A stretch of 64,000 nt of DNA. It comes from an uncultured virus (IMG/VR IMGVR_UViG_2049941000_000254). Its lineage: Duplodnaviria > Heunggongvirae > Uroviricota > Caudoviricetes. The stretch's first letter is position 1, and every line of letters starts with the position of its first letter. Position numbers and translations under genes: made by a program. The notes below the pieces were generated by a model that saw nothing but the letters and a program-made list of their open reading frames with translations, had not been told where the DNA came from and did no database searches. The stretch is from IMG/VR virus record IMGVR_UViG_2049941000_000254; one strand, given 5' to 3'. Positions 10,896 through 21,176 of this stretch are shown piece after piece.

Positions 10896-11387
10896 ATGAG
10901 CAATAAAGACGCAAAGAAAGAAAAAGAAGCCTCTTCGGCCTTTGACTGCCTCGCAGTTACGCAGGTGCAGGTTTACCCCTTCCAGCAAGGCCCTTCTATG
11001 GGACATCTGTTGGGATTGGCGACTGTTGTCCTCAATGACCAGTTCCAAGTCAGGGGCCTCCGTATTATGGACGGTGAGAATGGCCTCTATGTAGGCTATC
11101 CGAATGACCCGTTCTACAAGGGGGAAGACTTCCGCAGTGTCTGTTGCCCGATGACCCGACAGCTGAGGGAACATATCGAGAACTGTGTTCTCGAAAAGTA
11201 TTCGGCATCCGCAGACCCCAAGGAATGGGTTGTTGAGTTCAAGAACGGGGACGAAATGTCCATCAAGATGGAAGTGTCCGAGTTTACGAGGGCGGACGCC
11301 ATCGTCCTTGCGAAGGGCAAGATTGAAGCCAAGTATGGCAAGAAGGTCGCCGATGGCCTTGAATTGGTATCGGCAACCGAAAAGTAA
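10896..11387 (+). CDS. spoVG: SpoVG-family nucleic-acid-binding protein with C-terminal extension
   Basis: VTQVQV...ATVVLNDQFQVRGLRIMDGENGLYVGYP...CCPMTRQLREHIENCVLEKY. Confidence 0.9.
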   Translation: MSNKDAKKEKEASSAFDCLAVTQVQVYPFQQGPSMGHLLGLATVVLNDQFQVRGLRIMDGENGLYVGYPNDPFYKGEDFRSVCCPMTRQLREHIENCVLEKYSASADPKEWVVEFKNGDEMSIKMEVSEFTRADAIVLAKGKIEAKYGKKVADGLELVSATEK

Positions 11388-11611
11388 TCATGGGGGCTTA
11401 CGCCCCCTTTTCACCATCAAACAACATTAACAAGGAGTAGGAAATGCGTCGTTTAGTCGGATATCACGGATAATTTTTTGTTCCACTTTTCTAGTGCTCA
11501 CCCGAGCACTAGATTTTTATTTTTTAAATCGGGTCCACCGTGTATCCTAGGTGCCCTGCCCGATGGCACCTGATGATACATCGTGGGAGCGTTCAATAAA
11601 AGGAGTTCAAT

Positions 11612-12091
11612 ATGCCCAAGTATCACTACAATGTCCATGTCATTTCCAAGGCCGATGATTTCTCCATGTGGGTGGGCGTCACCCTTGACCACAAGCAGCT
11701 TCCGCAGGGCAACTTTTGCCTTGACAACAGCCTGCTCGGCATGACGGCCATCGCCCGTGCCCGTGAACTTTGCCCTGCCCTCAAAGAGTGCTTCTGCGAA
11801 GAATGGAACGGCGGTGACGAAGTGGAAGATGACCCAGTTCAGAAGTTCCTAGGTGCCGACTACAAGAACAAGATGGCTATACTCAAAGCCGCCATCAAGC
11901 CGCTCTTGACAGCCCTTGACCAAACCCACATGCAGTTGGCAGTAGACCATCGGTGCGAGTATTGGCTGACGGCTATCCCGTGGCGTGATGAATACGCAGG
12001 TGGTATGCCCGAGGGCATGGACACCGGCAAACTCCTTGACGCAACTATTGCGTTGGGTGACGCACAGCACCTCGTTGCCGTCATAGATTAA
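11612..12091 (+). CDS. hypothetical protein
   Basis: Repeat, SD and ATG. Confidence 0.8.
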   Translation: MPKYHYNVHVISKADDFSMWVGVTLDHKQLPQGNFCLDNSLLGMTAIARARELCPALKECFCEEWNGGDEVEDDPVQKFLGADYKNKMAILKAAIKPLLTALDQTHMQLAVDHRCEYWLTAIPWRDEYAGGMPEGMDTGKLLDATIALGDAQHLVAVID

Positions 12092-12217
12092 GCATGGGGG
12101 AGGGTTCCCCTCCCATGTTCTCCCTACACTTTCCATAGTCTACCGTGTGTCCGGAGTGCCACGATCGGTGGCACCCGATGACACATCGTGGGAGCGTTCA
12201 ACCAAAAGGAGATGACT

Positions 12218-12670
12218 ATGGAAGATATGACCAAACGCATTATCACCGCTTGCAACCTTGACGCAGGTGCAGTGGACGAATACGGCACCGATGAATACCA
12301 AATTGATGAAAGTATCAAGAACCTGCAAGACCTTGATGATATCTATGCCGACTATGTGAAGGGGTGTGGCGACCCGCAGCTCGTTGCCGACTTCCAGCAG
12401 GAGTTCCTGCATTGGAACATTGGTGAGAAGGTGGTCTTTGAGAGCGGCGACCACGAATGGAACCTCGTCAAGAATTGGGACGATTGGGATTTCCCGAAGG
12501 CTGAACTCACTGACATATTGCGTGGCGATTTGAGCGAAGGCGGTATCGTCTATGTCCACTTCAAGGACGAGGACGGGGAAGACCGATATGGTGAAGTGTC
12601 TGACCTTGAACTTGCAGAGGCTCGCAAGTATTTCGGGGAGCAGGGCACCCCGATGGAAAACCTCGTGTAA
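12218..12670 (+). CDS. acidic hypothetical protein
   Basis: Repeat, SD and ATG. Confidence 0.8.
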   Translation: MEDMTKRIITACNLDAGAVDEYGTDEYQIDESIKNLQDLDDIYADYVKGCGDPQLVADFQQEFLHWNIGEKVVFESGDHEWNLVKNWDDWDFPKAELTDILRGDLSEGGIVYVHFKDEDGEDRYGEVSDLELAEARKYFGEQGTPMENLV

Positions 12671-12795
12671 TGGGTAAGGGGCTATGCCCCATTTCCCTTT
12701 TTATTGTTCCGCCCGTTACCACCGTGTTCCCTATATGTCCCGCCCGCGGCCACCCGATGTCGCATCGTGGGAGCGTTCAACCAAAGGAGTGCTAT

Positions 12796-13041
12796 ATGAG
12801 CCTTATCAACCCGACCGAAAACGCCAACTATATCCTCAACTGCGTCAAGGACGCATTAAAGACCCACGGGAGCGACAATGTGTGCGTGTCCGTAGACGAA
12901 GAAGATGACCAACTCATCGTGGCCTATCACTCGGACAAGAACGGCTATCCCATCAACGAAACGGGCATTTCACCCGATGATGTGAACCTTACGGCTCTCC
13001 GAGATGGGCTGGACGCCCTTGATGTGGGGTATGACTTCTAG
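12796..13041 (+). CDS. small acidic hypothetical protein
   Basis: Repeat, SD and ATG. Confidence 0.8.
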   Translation: MSLINPTENANYILNCVKDALKTHGSDNVCVSVDEEDDQLIVAYHSDKNGYPINETGISPDDVNLTALRDGLDALDVGYDF

Positions 13042-13139
13042 GAAGTGCCGACCTGCTGACCGACCGTGTATCGTGTGTGACCCGACAAGGGTCACCCGAT
13101 GATACATCGTGGGAGTGTTCATTCAACAAGGAGTTCAAT

Positions 13140-13472
13140 ATGGGCAACAACGAAATGATGGCTATGGCAAACGCAAGGGAAATTGAGAAACTCCCCTATG
13201 ATACGCTGAAAGCATTGTTCCCGAATGTCCGCTATATGGTGCAGGGTGAAAGGTGGTACAGAAAGTTCATCGGCCACAGAACCAACGAAATCACGGGCAA
13301 GGAAGAAACATACGCAGCAGGGGAATGGAAAGCCGAGATTAACGGCAGGGAATTTGACACTCCGCAGATGGCTTACGAATATGCCCGAATGAACTACTCA
13401 AAGGGTCATTTCAAGGTCTATGCGTTCGTTCCCGAATTGCATAGGGTTTCCAACCAAATCATCAACGAATAG
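13140..13472 (+). CDS. hypothetical protein
   Basis: Repeat, SD and ATG. Confidence 0.8.
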   Translation: MGNNEMMAMANAREIEKLPYDTLKALFPNVRYMVQGERWYRKFIGHRTNEITGKEETYAAGEWKAEINGREFDTPQMAYEYARMNYSKGHFKVYAFVPELHRVSNQIINE

Positions 13473-13592
13473 GGACTAGGGGGCGACCCCTTTCCTTTAC
13501 CAAGCACCTCAGACTACCGTGTATCACCGGTGACCCCGAACAAAGTCACCTGATGATACATTGTGGGAGCACAAGTTCAAAAGGAGTTCAGT

Positions 13593-13877
13593 ATGATTTA
13601 TCCACCGAATGTTGAAATGCTTGACCTAATCAAGAGCCGTCCGCACTATGAAGTGTCCTTTGACACGGAAGCCGAGGCTAGGGATGAAGAATACCTGCTC
13701 AATGACGGGTGGAGCCCCTTCCTTGATACGGAAGTGGACGGAACCACGCTCTATTTCTCCAATGACCCCTTCTTTAAAGAAGACCACGTCTCCAATGACC
13801 CCTTCTTTAAAGAAGACCACGCAAGAATCGTTGCCGAGAATTGGTGGGACGGCAGGGCGAAACTCGTAAACCCATAG
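13593..13877 (+). CDS. hypothetical protein with 11-aa tandem duplication
   Basis: Repeat and SD; 33-bp exact duplication at 13756-13821. Confidence 0.75.
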   Translation: MIYPPNVEMLDLIKSRPHYEVSFDTEAEARDEEYLLNDGWSPFLDTEVDGTTLYFSNDPFFKEDHVSNDPFFKEDHARIVAENWWDGRAKLVNP

Positions 13878-13897
13878 CCAAACAAGGAGTATGACAA

Positions 13898-14104
13898 ATG
13901 GCAAGACTTGTCCCCGAGAAGAACACCATTTCCGACCTGCTGAATTTCCTGCGCAGTACAGAACGCAGAATAACCGCAGATAACCCCGAGTGTGATACGT
14001 TATGCGATGCACAGGCAGATTTCGTTGATGGATATGCGCTTGGATTCATTGCCGACTTGGTAGAGGGCGCAGTGGAGATGAGCAAGGAAATAGCATGCAA
14101 GTAA
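13898..14104 (+). CDS. small hypothetical protein
   Basis: AAGGAG SD. Confidence 0.7.
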   Translation: MARLVPEKNTISDLLNFLRSTERRITADNPECDTLCDAQADFVDGYALGFIADLVEGAVEMSKEIACK

Positions 14105-14140
14105 ACGATACAAAAATGTCACAAAAAGTGTATGCTTTTT

Positions 14141-14420
14141 GTCAACTACGCACCGCTTAAAGGCGGTGAGCTTGTAAAGCTCCAAAAGGAGGCTTACATA
14201 CGATTGGCCGGTTGACTCACGGCCTGCCTGTCAAGTATGCGTAGGCATACGAGACGGGATGGTTAGACTGCATTTCAGCAATCCGCTATACTCATAATGC
14301 ATCTTGAATCCGTTATGTATGTAGCTACCGAATCCAATCAAACTGTTTCCTCACCGAGCTACGAGCCTCTTTTGGACTTTTAGATGAGTGCCTTTTATTT
14401 CAGCAAGATTTTCAGCGTTT
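14141..14420 (-). mobile_element. IS200/IS605-family right end (omega/reRNA-like) remnant without intact tnpB
   Basis: Minus strand reads CAGGCCGTGAGTCAACCGGCCAAT...CAAGCTCACCGCCTTTAAGCGGTGCGTAGTTGAC, the characteristic subterminal hairpin and terminus; left boundary uncertain. Confidence 0.7.
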
Positions 14421-14563
14421 GGTACAATATAGATTATAATTTTCTATTTGGCAAGTGACAAAATTTTCTAAATTTGATCCCAGTCCCCACCGTGTGTCCG
14501 GTGTTCCATGAACGGGGGAACCTGAGGACACATCGTGGAAGTGTTCAAACAAAGGAGTTCACA

Positions 14564-14815
14564 ATGGATTTCAAACGAGAAGATTTTTTCAAGAAGTGCA
14601 AGGACGACCACGACCGCCTCTGCAAGTTGATTATGGACGCAGGGGAAGTATCGGTGTCTCAGAACATCGTCGGGGTTGTGAAGATGGGCAGTCGCACCTA
14701 CTCTGTCTATCTCTACAAGATTGGCGACAAGGAATACCGTGTCTCCAAGAAGCTTCACGAGTTCCTAGTGGAACATGGAGCATTGGAACGGGAGGGGACA
14801 GATGAAGCGAAATAG
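14564..14815 (+). CDS. hypothetical protein
   Basis: Repeat, SD and ATG. Confidence 0.75.
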   Translation: MDFKREDFFKKCKDDHDRLCKLIMDAGEVSVSQNIVGVVKMGSRTYSVYLYKIGDKEYRVSKKLHEFLVEHGALEREGTDEAK

Positions 14816-15011
14816 AACGCCCGTGAAGCCCGCCCCGCCCGTATTCAAGGGCTTGTTTTCAGTCTCGCCTAATTGGTTGGACGTGGTAATCAGTGACTTA
14901 ACATATATTTGGGGTTGCATGATTGGAAAGTAGCCACCGTGTCCCATGTGTCACCGGAATCGGGTGACTCGGGGGAACATCGTGGGAATGTTCAACCAAA
15001 GGAGATTGGAT

Positions 15012-15494
15012 ATGACCAAGATTGTGTATCAGAAGAACGGCAATGGTGAACGCTATGCAGGCCTTACTCTCAAGCAGCTTGCAAAGGCGATGTGGGGGGA
15101 ATGGAATAAGCTGCCCAGCGACAACACGAGGCAGTTGCTGGTGGACTTCGCCTCCGACACTGACGAGAAGGATGATGTGTCAAGCCACCACGGACTGCTC
15201 TTGCAGGCGCCATTTGATAGCCCGATCCTAATCACCGGTGGCTATGGAGGCTATGACTTCGGTTCTGCGGAACTTGTGGACACCGAGGACGAGCTTGGCT
15301 ACGGCACCGATTGGAAGGACGACTATCCCGACATGACGAGGAACGAGGCCGTCCTCCAAAAGGCCATTGAAGGTATCCTGTGGGACGAATGGAAAGACGA
15401 GAATGGACTTTTGTGGTGTGAGGTCAAGGGGTGCATTGAAACATACCTTGAAAACTTGCCCGATGACGAACTTGAAGTAATCAACAATTTTTAA
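15012..15494 (+). CDS. acidic hypothetical protein
   Basis: Repeat, SD and ATG. Confidence 0.8.
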   Translation: MTKIVYQKNGNGERYAGLTLKQLAKAMWGEWNKLPSDNTRQLLVDFASDTDEKDDVSSHHGLLLQAPFDSPILITGGYGGYDFGSAELVDTEDELGYGTDWKDDYPDMTRNEAVLQKAIEGILWDEWKDENGLLWCEVKGCIETYLENLPDDELEVINNF

Positions 15495-15653
15495 TGACTC
15501 CGAATGAACAACCGCTAGGGGGAGCAATTCCCCTAACGGCGTTTTTGTAAATTTTATTTTTCATTTTTGCCCAGTGCCCACCGTGTATCTGGTGTTCCCC
15601 GAAAGGGGGAACCTGAGGATACATCGTGGTAATGTTCAAATAAAGGAGACTCT

Positions 15654-15821
15654 ATGCCCATAACTATTACCATTACCATTGACACGGGCAAGGAAACCCC
15701 TGCACAGCGCAGGGTGCGCATTGCGGAGACGCAGAACGGACGCAAGACACGGACTAGGGCAATCCCCGACAAGCGCAGGAAAGCCCCTAAACACAAGAAA
15801 CCACTAACAGACGGAGAATAA
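15654..15821 (+). CDS. 55-aa basic peptide (…RTRAIPDKRRKAPKHKK…)
   Basis: Repeat, AAGGAG and ATG; below the ORF-track cutoff, translated by hand. Confidence 0.7.
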   Translation: MPITITITIDTGKETPAQRRVRIAETQNGRKTRTRAIPDKRRKAPKHKKPLTDGE

Positions 15822-16042
15822 TATGCTCAACATCATCAAAACAAAATTTTTCAAATTTGCCGCGTTTGCCGCAAAGTCGCAGGGAATGGGACAAGTCCAA
15901 CCAATAGTTGTCCACCGCAACGGAAACACAGACCTGTTCGGCAGGTTTGGACGGCGCCGCTAGTCCAACCGTGTATCCGGTGTTCCCCGTTCGGGGGAAC
16001 CTGAGGATACATCGTGGAAGCGTTCAAACAAAGGAGTTCACC

Positions 16043-16453
16043 ATGGAAATCAAGACACTACAAGAAGCCGAAACCGCAATCAGCAAGGCATACATTGAAC
16101 GCCACCCCGATGCCTCCGAGAGAACTTTCGGTGAGGCGGACGAGTTCGTCCTGCAATCTATCCTTGACGGCAAGGAGCACTTCGAGTATGACTCACTCAA
16201 CAATGCGGCACAGTTGGCTGCAGTGGACTTGTATGGTGTTCCGACCGGCATAGTGATTACCTACGAGTTCAATCACTTTGCCACGCTTTCCAAGCCGATT
16301 AGGCTGACACTCAACGCAATGTGCGGTGGACATCTGACACCCCTTTGTCACAAGCATTTCAACCACACCGACAAAGACGGCTTGAAGAAGGCCATTGACA
16401 CACTATATGTGCGTGCCTATGCCATTGCTGAAGGTGCTAAGGCGGAGGCGTAG
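16043..16453 (+). CDS. hypothetical protein, paralog of 16632-17039
   Basis: Repeat and SD; shared FGExD, AVDLxGVxTG, YEFNHF and AMCGG motifs. Confidence 0.85.
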   Translation: MEIKTLQEAETAISKAYIERHPDASERTFGEADEFVLQSILDGKEHFEYDSLNNAAQLAAVDLYGVPTGIVITYEFNHFATLSKPIRLTLNAMCGGHLTPLCHKHFNHTDKDGLKKAIDTLYVRAYAIAEGAKAEA

Positions 16454-16631
16454 TATGGAACTGTTCAGAAACGATAATTGTTGGACTCCGAATGAACACA
16501 TGCTAGGGGTTCTTCCCTAGCATGTTTTTATAAATTTTCAATTTTGCCTTAAGTCCACCGTGTATCCCATGTGCCACGAACTCTGGCACCCGGTGATACA
16601 TCGTGGAAATGTTCAACGAAAGGAGTCAATC

Positions 16632-17039
16632 ATGGCAACAAAGACAGTAAACGAGATACAGAAAGAAATCTGCGTGGCATACGAGGAATTTCGCAACTTT
16701 CCGCACGCCGAATTTGGCGAAGTGGACAATGCAGTAATCGTTCAGGCTCTCGAAGGTGACGTTCCGTTCACGTTCGATGCGAAGAATGATGCACTTCTGT
16801 TCCATGCAGTTGACTTGTCCGGCGTAACTACCGGATTGGTAATATGCTACGAATTTAATCACTTCTATTACACGAACGATTCAACGCCGATTGAACTCTC
16901 GGCCATGTGTGGTGGTCGCTTGATGCCATTGGCAAGTGCAGATTTCCGTATTGATGGCACGGGTCGTTCGTTCAAGGAAACGTTGGACTTGCTTCAACGC
17001 AGGGCGCACGCCGTGTATGAAGCATTGTGCAACAATTAG
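16632..17039 (+). CDS. hypothetical protein, paralog of 16043-16453
   Basis: Repeat and SD; same shared motifs. Confidence 0.85.
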   Translation: MATKTVNEIQKEICVAYEEFRNFPHAEFGEVDNAVIVQALEGDVPFTFDAKNDALLFHAVDLSGVTTGLVICYEFNHFYYTNDSTPIELSAMCGGRLMPLASADFRIDGTGRSFKETLDLLQRRAHAVYEALCNN

Positions 17040-17052
17040 AAAGGGGGTTACT

Positions 17053-17175
17053 ATGGGTTGTCTTGCAGGTATCGGATCCGTTGCGGTGTTTGGTGTCCTC
17101 TACGCCATACACCCGTTTTGGGCGGGTTGCTGGTTAATATTTTTACTAGGTTTCTCGGCGGGAAAGAAAGGCTAG
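17053..17175 (+). CDS. small membrane peptide
   Basis: GGGGG SD; hydrophobic 40 aa. Confidence 0.55.
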   Translation: MGCLAGIGSVAVFGVLYAIHPFWAGCWLIFLLGFSAGKKG

Positions 17176-17257
17176 GTGCACTACCGTGTCCCAAGTGTCC
17201 CGATTATCGGGGGACGTGGTGGAACATCGTGGAAGCACATTCAGCAAGGAGGCCTAC

Positions 17258-17515
17258 ATGGCAGAAAGCATTTGGGTAGTAGTAAACTGGTGTGAACCCA
17301 CGCCGGAATCGGACGCAGGTTGCTTCGGGACATTTTTCCCGACCTTTGACGCGGCATTTGCCTTCGCAAAGAAAGACGCTGCCGCCTTCAAGAAAAACAA
17401 CTGCATAGAAGGCGAAATTTCCTGCAATGATGACGATGGCAGGGTTGACCTAGAATGGGGTGACATCATGCACCATTGGCTCGTTGAAGAACTCAACCCC
17501 GCAAAGGAGGCCTAG
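17258..17515 (+). CDS. hypothetical protein
   Basis: Repeat, SD and ATG. Confidence 0.8.
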   Translation: MAESIWVVVNWCEPTPESDAGCFGTFFPTFDAAFAFAKKDAAAFKKNNCIEGEISCNDDDGRVDLEWGDIMHHWLVEELNPAKEA

Positions 17516-17516
17516 T

Positions 17517-17732
17517 ATGGCAACAAGAACGGAAGCACTTCTCGAAAAGCTCTCTGACAACAGCAAGCGAATTGTCGGCTACATCATGACCTTCGTGCCC
17601 TCGCAGGGGCTTTATGGCCGCCTCATGCGTGACCTGCTTGAAGCGGGGGCTGAAAGAGCCGAGGAATGGCTCTCGCAGTATCACCACTGCACCGACTGCC
17701 TTGATTTCGTCATGGAATATGAAGGTGGCTAA
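17517..17732 (+). CDS. phage-type small protein (SQGLYGRL)
   Basis: GGAGG SD; SQGxYGRL motif common in phage hypotheticals. Confidence 0.75.
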   Translation: MATRTEALLEKLSDNSKRIVGYIMTFVPSQGLYGRLMRDLLEAGAERAEEWLSQYHHCTDCLDFVMEYEGG

Positions 17733-17860
17733 CCTAGTGCCCGTTTGGGCACTTTTCTTTTTTTCAAATTTTGCTTTAGCCCACCGTGTTCCATGATGTG
17801 CCCCGAACGATGGCACCCGTTGGAACATCGTGGGAGCACAAGTTCAAAAGGAGTTGCTAT

Positions 17861-18421
17861 ATGAAGCACGAAATTTTCGGTTGGTCTTTCGACCACGAAC
17901 CCAAGAAACTCGATGACCTATTTGACTGCATCAGAGATGCGGACGACGAGGTTATCTTTGCCACCAAGGAAACCTACGAACACCGCGAGGAAGGGCTGAA
18001 CTTTGACTACAAGTTCGCTATCCGTGCCGAGAACGCCTATGAACTGACAGGCGAGCCCGAGGATGAGGACAAGTGGCACCTTGAAGTCATGCTCGTCCCG
18101 ACCGTGGACAGCCTTCTCACGAACAAGCGAGAGGACACCATTGACGGCGAGGACTGCACCTTCATAGACCTCATTGACGCGGGCTCCTATGTGCAGTTCG
18201 GCTTCGAGGCGGTCAAGGTAGACCCAGACAAGGGGTATGACGCAGTGATGAACCCCAAGTATGACGAGGCCGCTTCCGTAATTGACAACATGAACGCCAT
18301 GCGTGGATTTTACCTCGACAAGGCGCAGAACCGCATTGGCTCTACGGGGTGGGATATTCTGAACTCCCTTGTCGGTAACGGAAAGGACTTCATTTCAGCC
18401 GCATTTGACAGAATGAAGTAA
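17861..18421 (+). CDS. acidic hypothetical protein (GFYLDxxxNRIGxTGWD)
   Basis: Repeat, SD and ATG. Confidence 0.85.
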   Translation: MKHEIFGWSFDHEPKKLDDLFDCIRDADDEVIFATKETYEHREEGLNFDYKFAIRAENAYELTGEPEDEDKWHLEVMLVPTVDSLLTNKREDTIDGEDCTFIDLIDAGSYVQFGFEAVKVDPDKGYDAVMNPKYDEAASVIDNMNAMRGFYLDKAQNRIGSTGWDILNSLVGNGKDFISAAFDRMK

Positions 18422-18564
18422 TCACCCTGCAAGGGGGTGCCAAAGGCGCCCTCTTGTAAATTTTATTTTTCATTTTTGTCCCAGTCCCACCGTGTTCCCG
18501 ATGTGCCCCGATCCGTGGCACCCGGTGGAACATCGTGGGAGCACATTCAACAAAGGAGTTCAAT

Positions 18565-18930
18565 ATGGCTTACAAGACACCGAAATTTACCGCTACGGGA
18601 AAGTTCCACACCGAATGGTGGAGTTTCCGCCACTGCGACCCCCGCAGGGAAATCAGTTTCGTCCACTCCGCGGCTCTCGTTGACCCGCAGGGAAACATCG
18701 TAGCCCGTGCCAACATCGGCTACTGCAACCGCACTTGGGAGTGCCACTCGGGCGATTGCGTCCGTTCCAAGTTGGCCGACCTGCTCGTCCGCAAGTACCC
18801 GACCGTTGCCGCCATGGCCGAGGTCAAGCCCCTCATTGACCAACTGAAGGTCAGTCAGTCCGTGCCGTCCGTATCGTGCGATGCAGGCACCCGTATCGGC
18901 TACTCCCTCTCCATGTGCTGCCCCATGTAA
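18565..18930 (+). CDS. hypothetical protein (YCNRTWE)
   Basis: Repeat, SD and ATG. Confidence 0.8.
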   Translation: MAYKTPKFTATGKFHTEWWSFRHCDPRREISFVHSAALVDPQGNIVARANIGYCNRTWECHSGDCVRSKLADLLVRKYPTVAAMAEVKPLIDQLKVSQSVPSVSCDAGTRIGYSLSMCCPM

Positions 18931-19530
18931 GGAGGTGCTATGCTTGGNNNNNNNNNNATGATAGCAACTTTGAACCTCGGTCCGACCGACCCGAACAACC
19001 CTAAAGAAGATTTTACCAAATATTTCAGCACTGTCCGAAACACCGCCTTTAAGGACGATGTCAAGAAGTTCGTTGATTACCTGCATGCCCGTTACGATGG
19101 CGACAAGTGGTTCAAAGTGCTTGACCACTTCAAGGTCGAAGTCAACCGCATGGTTGAAAACCACAAAATCGGGTTGCTTAACNNNNNNNNNNATCGTCAG
19201 AGAAATAGAAGCAAAGCACAGAAATGCCAAGAGGGTCACCGTGACCTGCTACGGACAGAGGCAGGAATTTGAGAACACCCGCAAGGCGATAAATTTCTTC
19301 ACTCTTGCCGTTAACGGCTGCGACCCGCAGAGTTCCGAATGTGGCCGATACCAAAGAATTTTAAATCGGCTTTATGCGGGGGAGCGCATTGTTTCCGATG
19401 AATAAAAATAGTGCCCTCATGGGCACTTATTTTTTATTTTTTAATTTCGGGTCCCACCGTGTTCCATAGGTCCCATCACATGGGGTACCTGATGGAACAT
19501 CGTGGGAATGTTCAAACAAAGGAGATTGAC

Positions 19531-20229
19531 ATGATAGCGACTTTGAACCTCGGCCCGACCGACCCGAACAACCCGAAAGAAGACTTTACCCAGCATTTCG
19601 GCCCTGTCCGAAACACCGCCTTCAAGGACGATGTTAAGAAGTTCGTTGACTATCTGCATTCCCGCTACGATGGCGACAAGTTTTTCAACGTGCTTGACAG
19701 CTTCAAGAGAGAAGCCGACCGCATGGTCGAGAACCACAAAATCGGGTTGCTCAACCAACGTCCTCCTATACCCGAACAACTCGCCTCGCTTGCCTCGTTC
19801 GCTACCCGCTTCGAGGGTGCCAAAGTAGCCCTTGACTACTACGAGAAGAACGGGTGGAGTTTAGGTATTTATACAGAACACGCTTTCGGGGCTTTCCACT
19901 TTCACGAGCACGAAAACCCCGTGACCGACAAATCCCGTGAAGACATCTACCGCATGTTCGGGAAACTCCACGAAAAGGCGTGCCGCCCCATCGAAAACCT
20001 GTTTTATGTGCAGGCCGAAGTAGTTACCAACGAAATCGGAGAGGATGAATATAGCAGCAAAGATTATATTGTTTCGCCCCCGTTCGCGTCAAAACCCGAG
20101 GCGGAAAATTATTTAAAAATGATGACCGGAATTTACGATGACAACGAGAAGAATGATTTTGTAAAGGCGTTCCTTCCACCGGAAACGAACATTGACTATG
20201 TAGAAAAGGGGAGGGTGATTTGCCCATAG
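19531..20229 (+). CDS. hypothetical protein
   Basis: Repeat and SD; N-terminus duplicated in the gap-bounded fragment 18958-19182. Confidence 0.8.
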   Translation: MIATLNLGPTDPNNPKEDFTQHFGPVRNTAFKDDVKKFVDYLHSRYDGDKFFNVLDSFKREADRMVENHKIGLLNQRPPIPEQLASLASFATRFEGAKVALDYYEKNGWSLGIYTEHAFGAFHFHEHENPVTDKSREDIYRMFGKLHEKACRPIENLFYVQAEVVTNEIGEDEYSSKDYIVSPPFASKPEAENYLKMMTGIYDDNEKNDFVKAFLPPETNIDYVEKGRVICP

Positions 20230-20340
20230 GGCAATCCCCCTTTTTATACTTCCTAGTGTCCACCGTGTTCCAGATGTGCCACGACCGGTGGCACCCGAGG
20301 GAACATCGTGGGATCACATTCATTCAACAAGGAGTTTGAC

Positions 20341-20742
20341 ATGGAACTGAACAAGGAAAAGATGTATTTGAACGATGGCTTTGGCGCACCGCATATCGGT
20401 TTCTACCGCAATACCGATAGGCCGATTGTGGAAATCGGTGGCAGGAACTTTGCCATTGAACAAGTCGGCTTAAAGCGGGGCGAGTTCATCGTGCTTCTCT
20501 ATGAAGCATGGGGCAAGCCGGAAAGTCACGCCCCCATGTGCACTTGTGGCAAGATTTACATGTTCTACTCCTTCGGCAAGGGTATATGGCATGTGGACGA
20601 AACCTACATGGACGGCTTCAAGAGCGACACTACCGCCGCGCTCATGAGCGACATCGTCAATTCCACGATAGCCCTCTTCAAGGACGAATTGGACAAGGTG
20701 GACACCGAATACGGCACCCATTACTCCACCGCCACCGCATAA
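20341..20742 (+). CDS. hypothetical protein
   Basis: Repeat, SD and ATG. Confidence 0.8.
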   Translation: MELNKEKMYLNDGFGAPHIGFYRNTDRPIVEIGGRNFAIEQVGLKRGEFIVLLYEAWGKPESHAPMCTCGKIYMFYSFGKGIWHVDETYMDGFKSDTTAALMSDIVNSTIALFKDELDKVDTEYGTHYSTATA

Positions 20743-20753
20743 AGGAGACCGCC

Positions 20754-21086
20754 ATGGCGAATATCCACAACCTATTCAAAATTCTCGTCAAGCGAAAGTT
20801 CAACTTTGACTACTCCGCTATCACCACGCAGATGTTCTTCCGTGACGAGGAACACGCGGAGTGGGATAGCGCGAAGCAGGAATACAAGGTGGACGCATAC
20901 CCCCTTACTGCGCGAATTGAAATCTATGATACCGCTGACCACAGGATTACGGTCTATACCTGCAAGGGCTTGGACGCGCTTGTGGACATGGACAACAAGG
21001 AAAGCCAAATCATGGACGCGCAGGAAGTCGGAGTGTGGGCGCTCAACGAACTACGCGATGAACAAGTCATGTATGGGGACGCCTAG
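20754..21086 (+). CDS. hypothetical protein
   Basis: AAGGAG SD; second gene of its unit. Confidence 0.75.
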   Translation: MANIHNLFKILVKRKFNFDYSAITTQMFFRDEEHAEWDSAKQEYKVDAYPLTARIEIYDTADHRITVYTCKGLDALVDMDNKESQIMDAQEVGVWALNELRDEQVMYGDA

Positions 21087-21176
21087 TCACCTCCGTTCCT
21101 ACCGTGTTCCCTAGGTCCCACAAAAGAGGGGACCTGAGGGAACATAGTGGAAACACATTCAACCAAGGATACAACA

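Noticed and set aside
13756..13821. 33-bp exact tandem duplication; also 27-bp at 62367-62420 and 15-bp at about 58090-58119
   Set aside because: Simple two-copy slippage or assembly duplications with no wider pattern
18958..19182. Second copy of the N-terminus of ORF 19531
   Set aside because: Bounded on both sides by 10-N gaps; may be a strain variant placed by the scaffolder, so not counted as a real duplication
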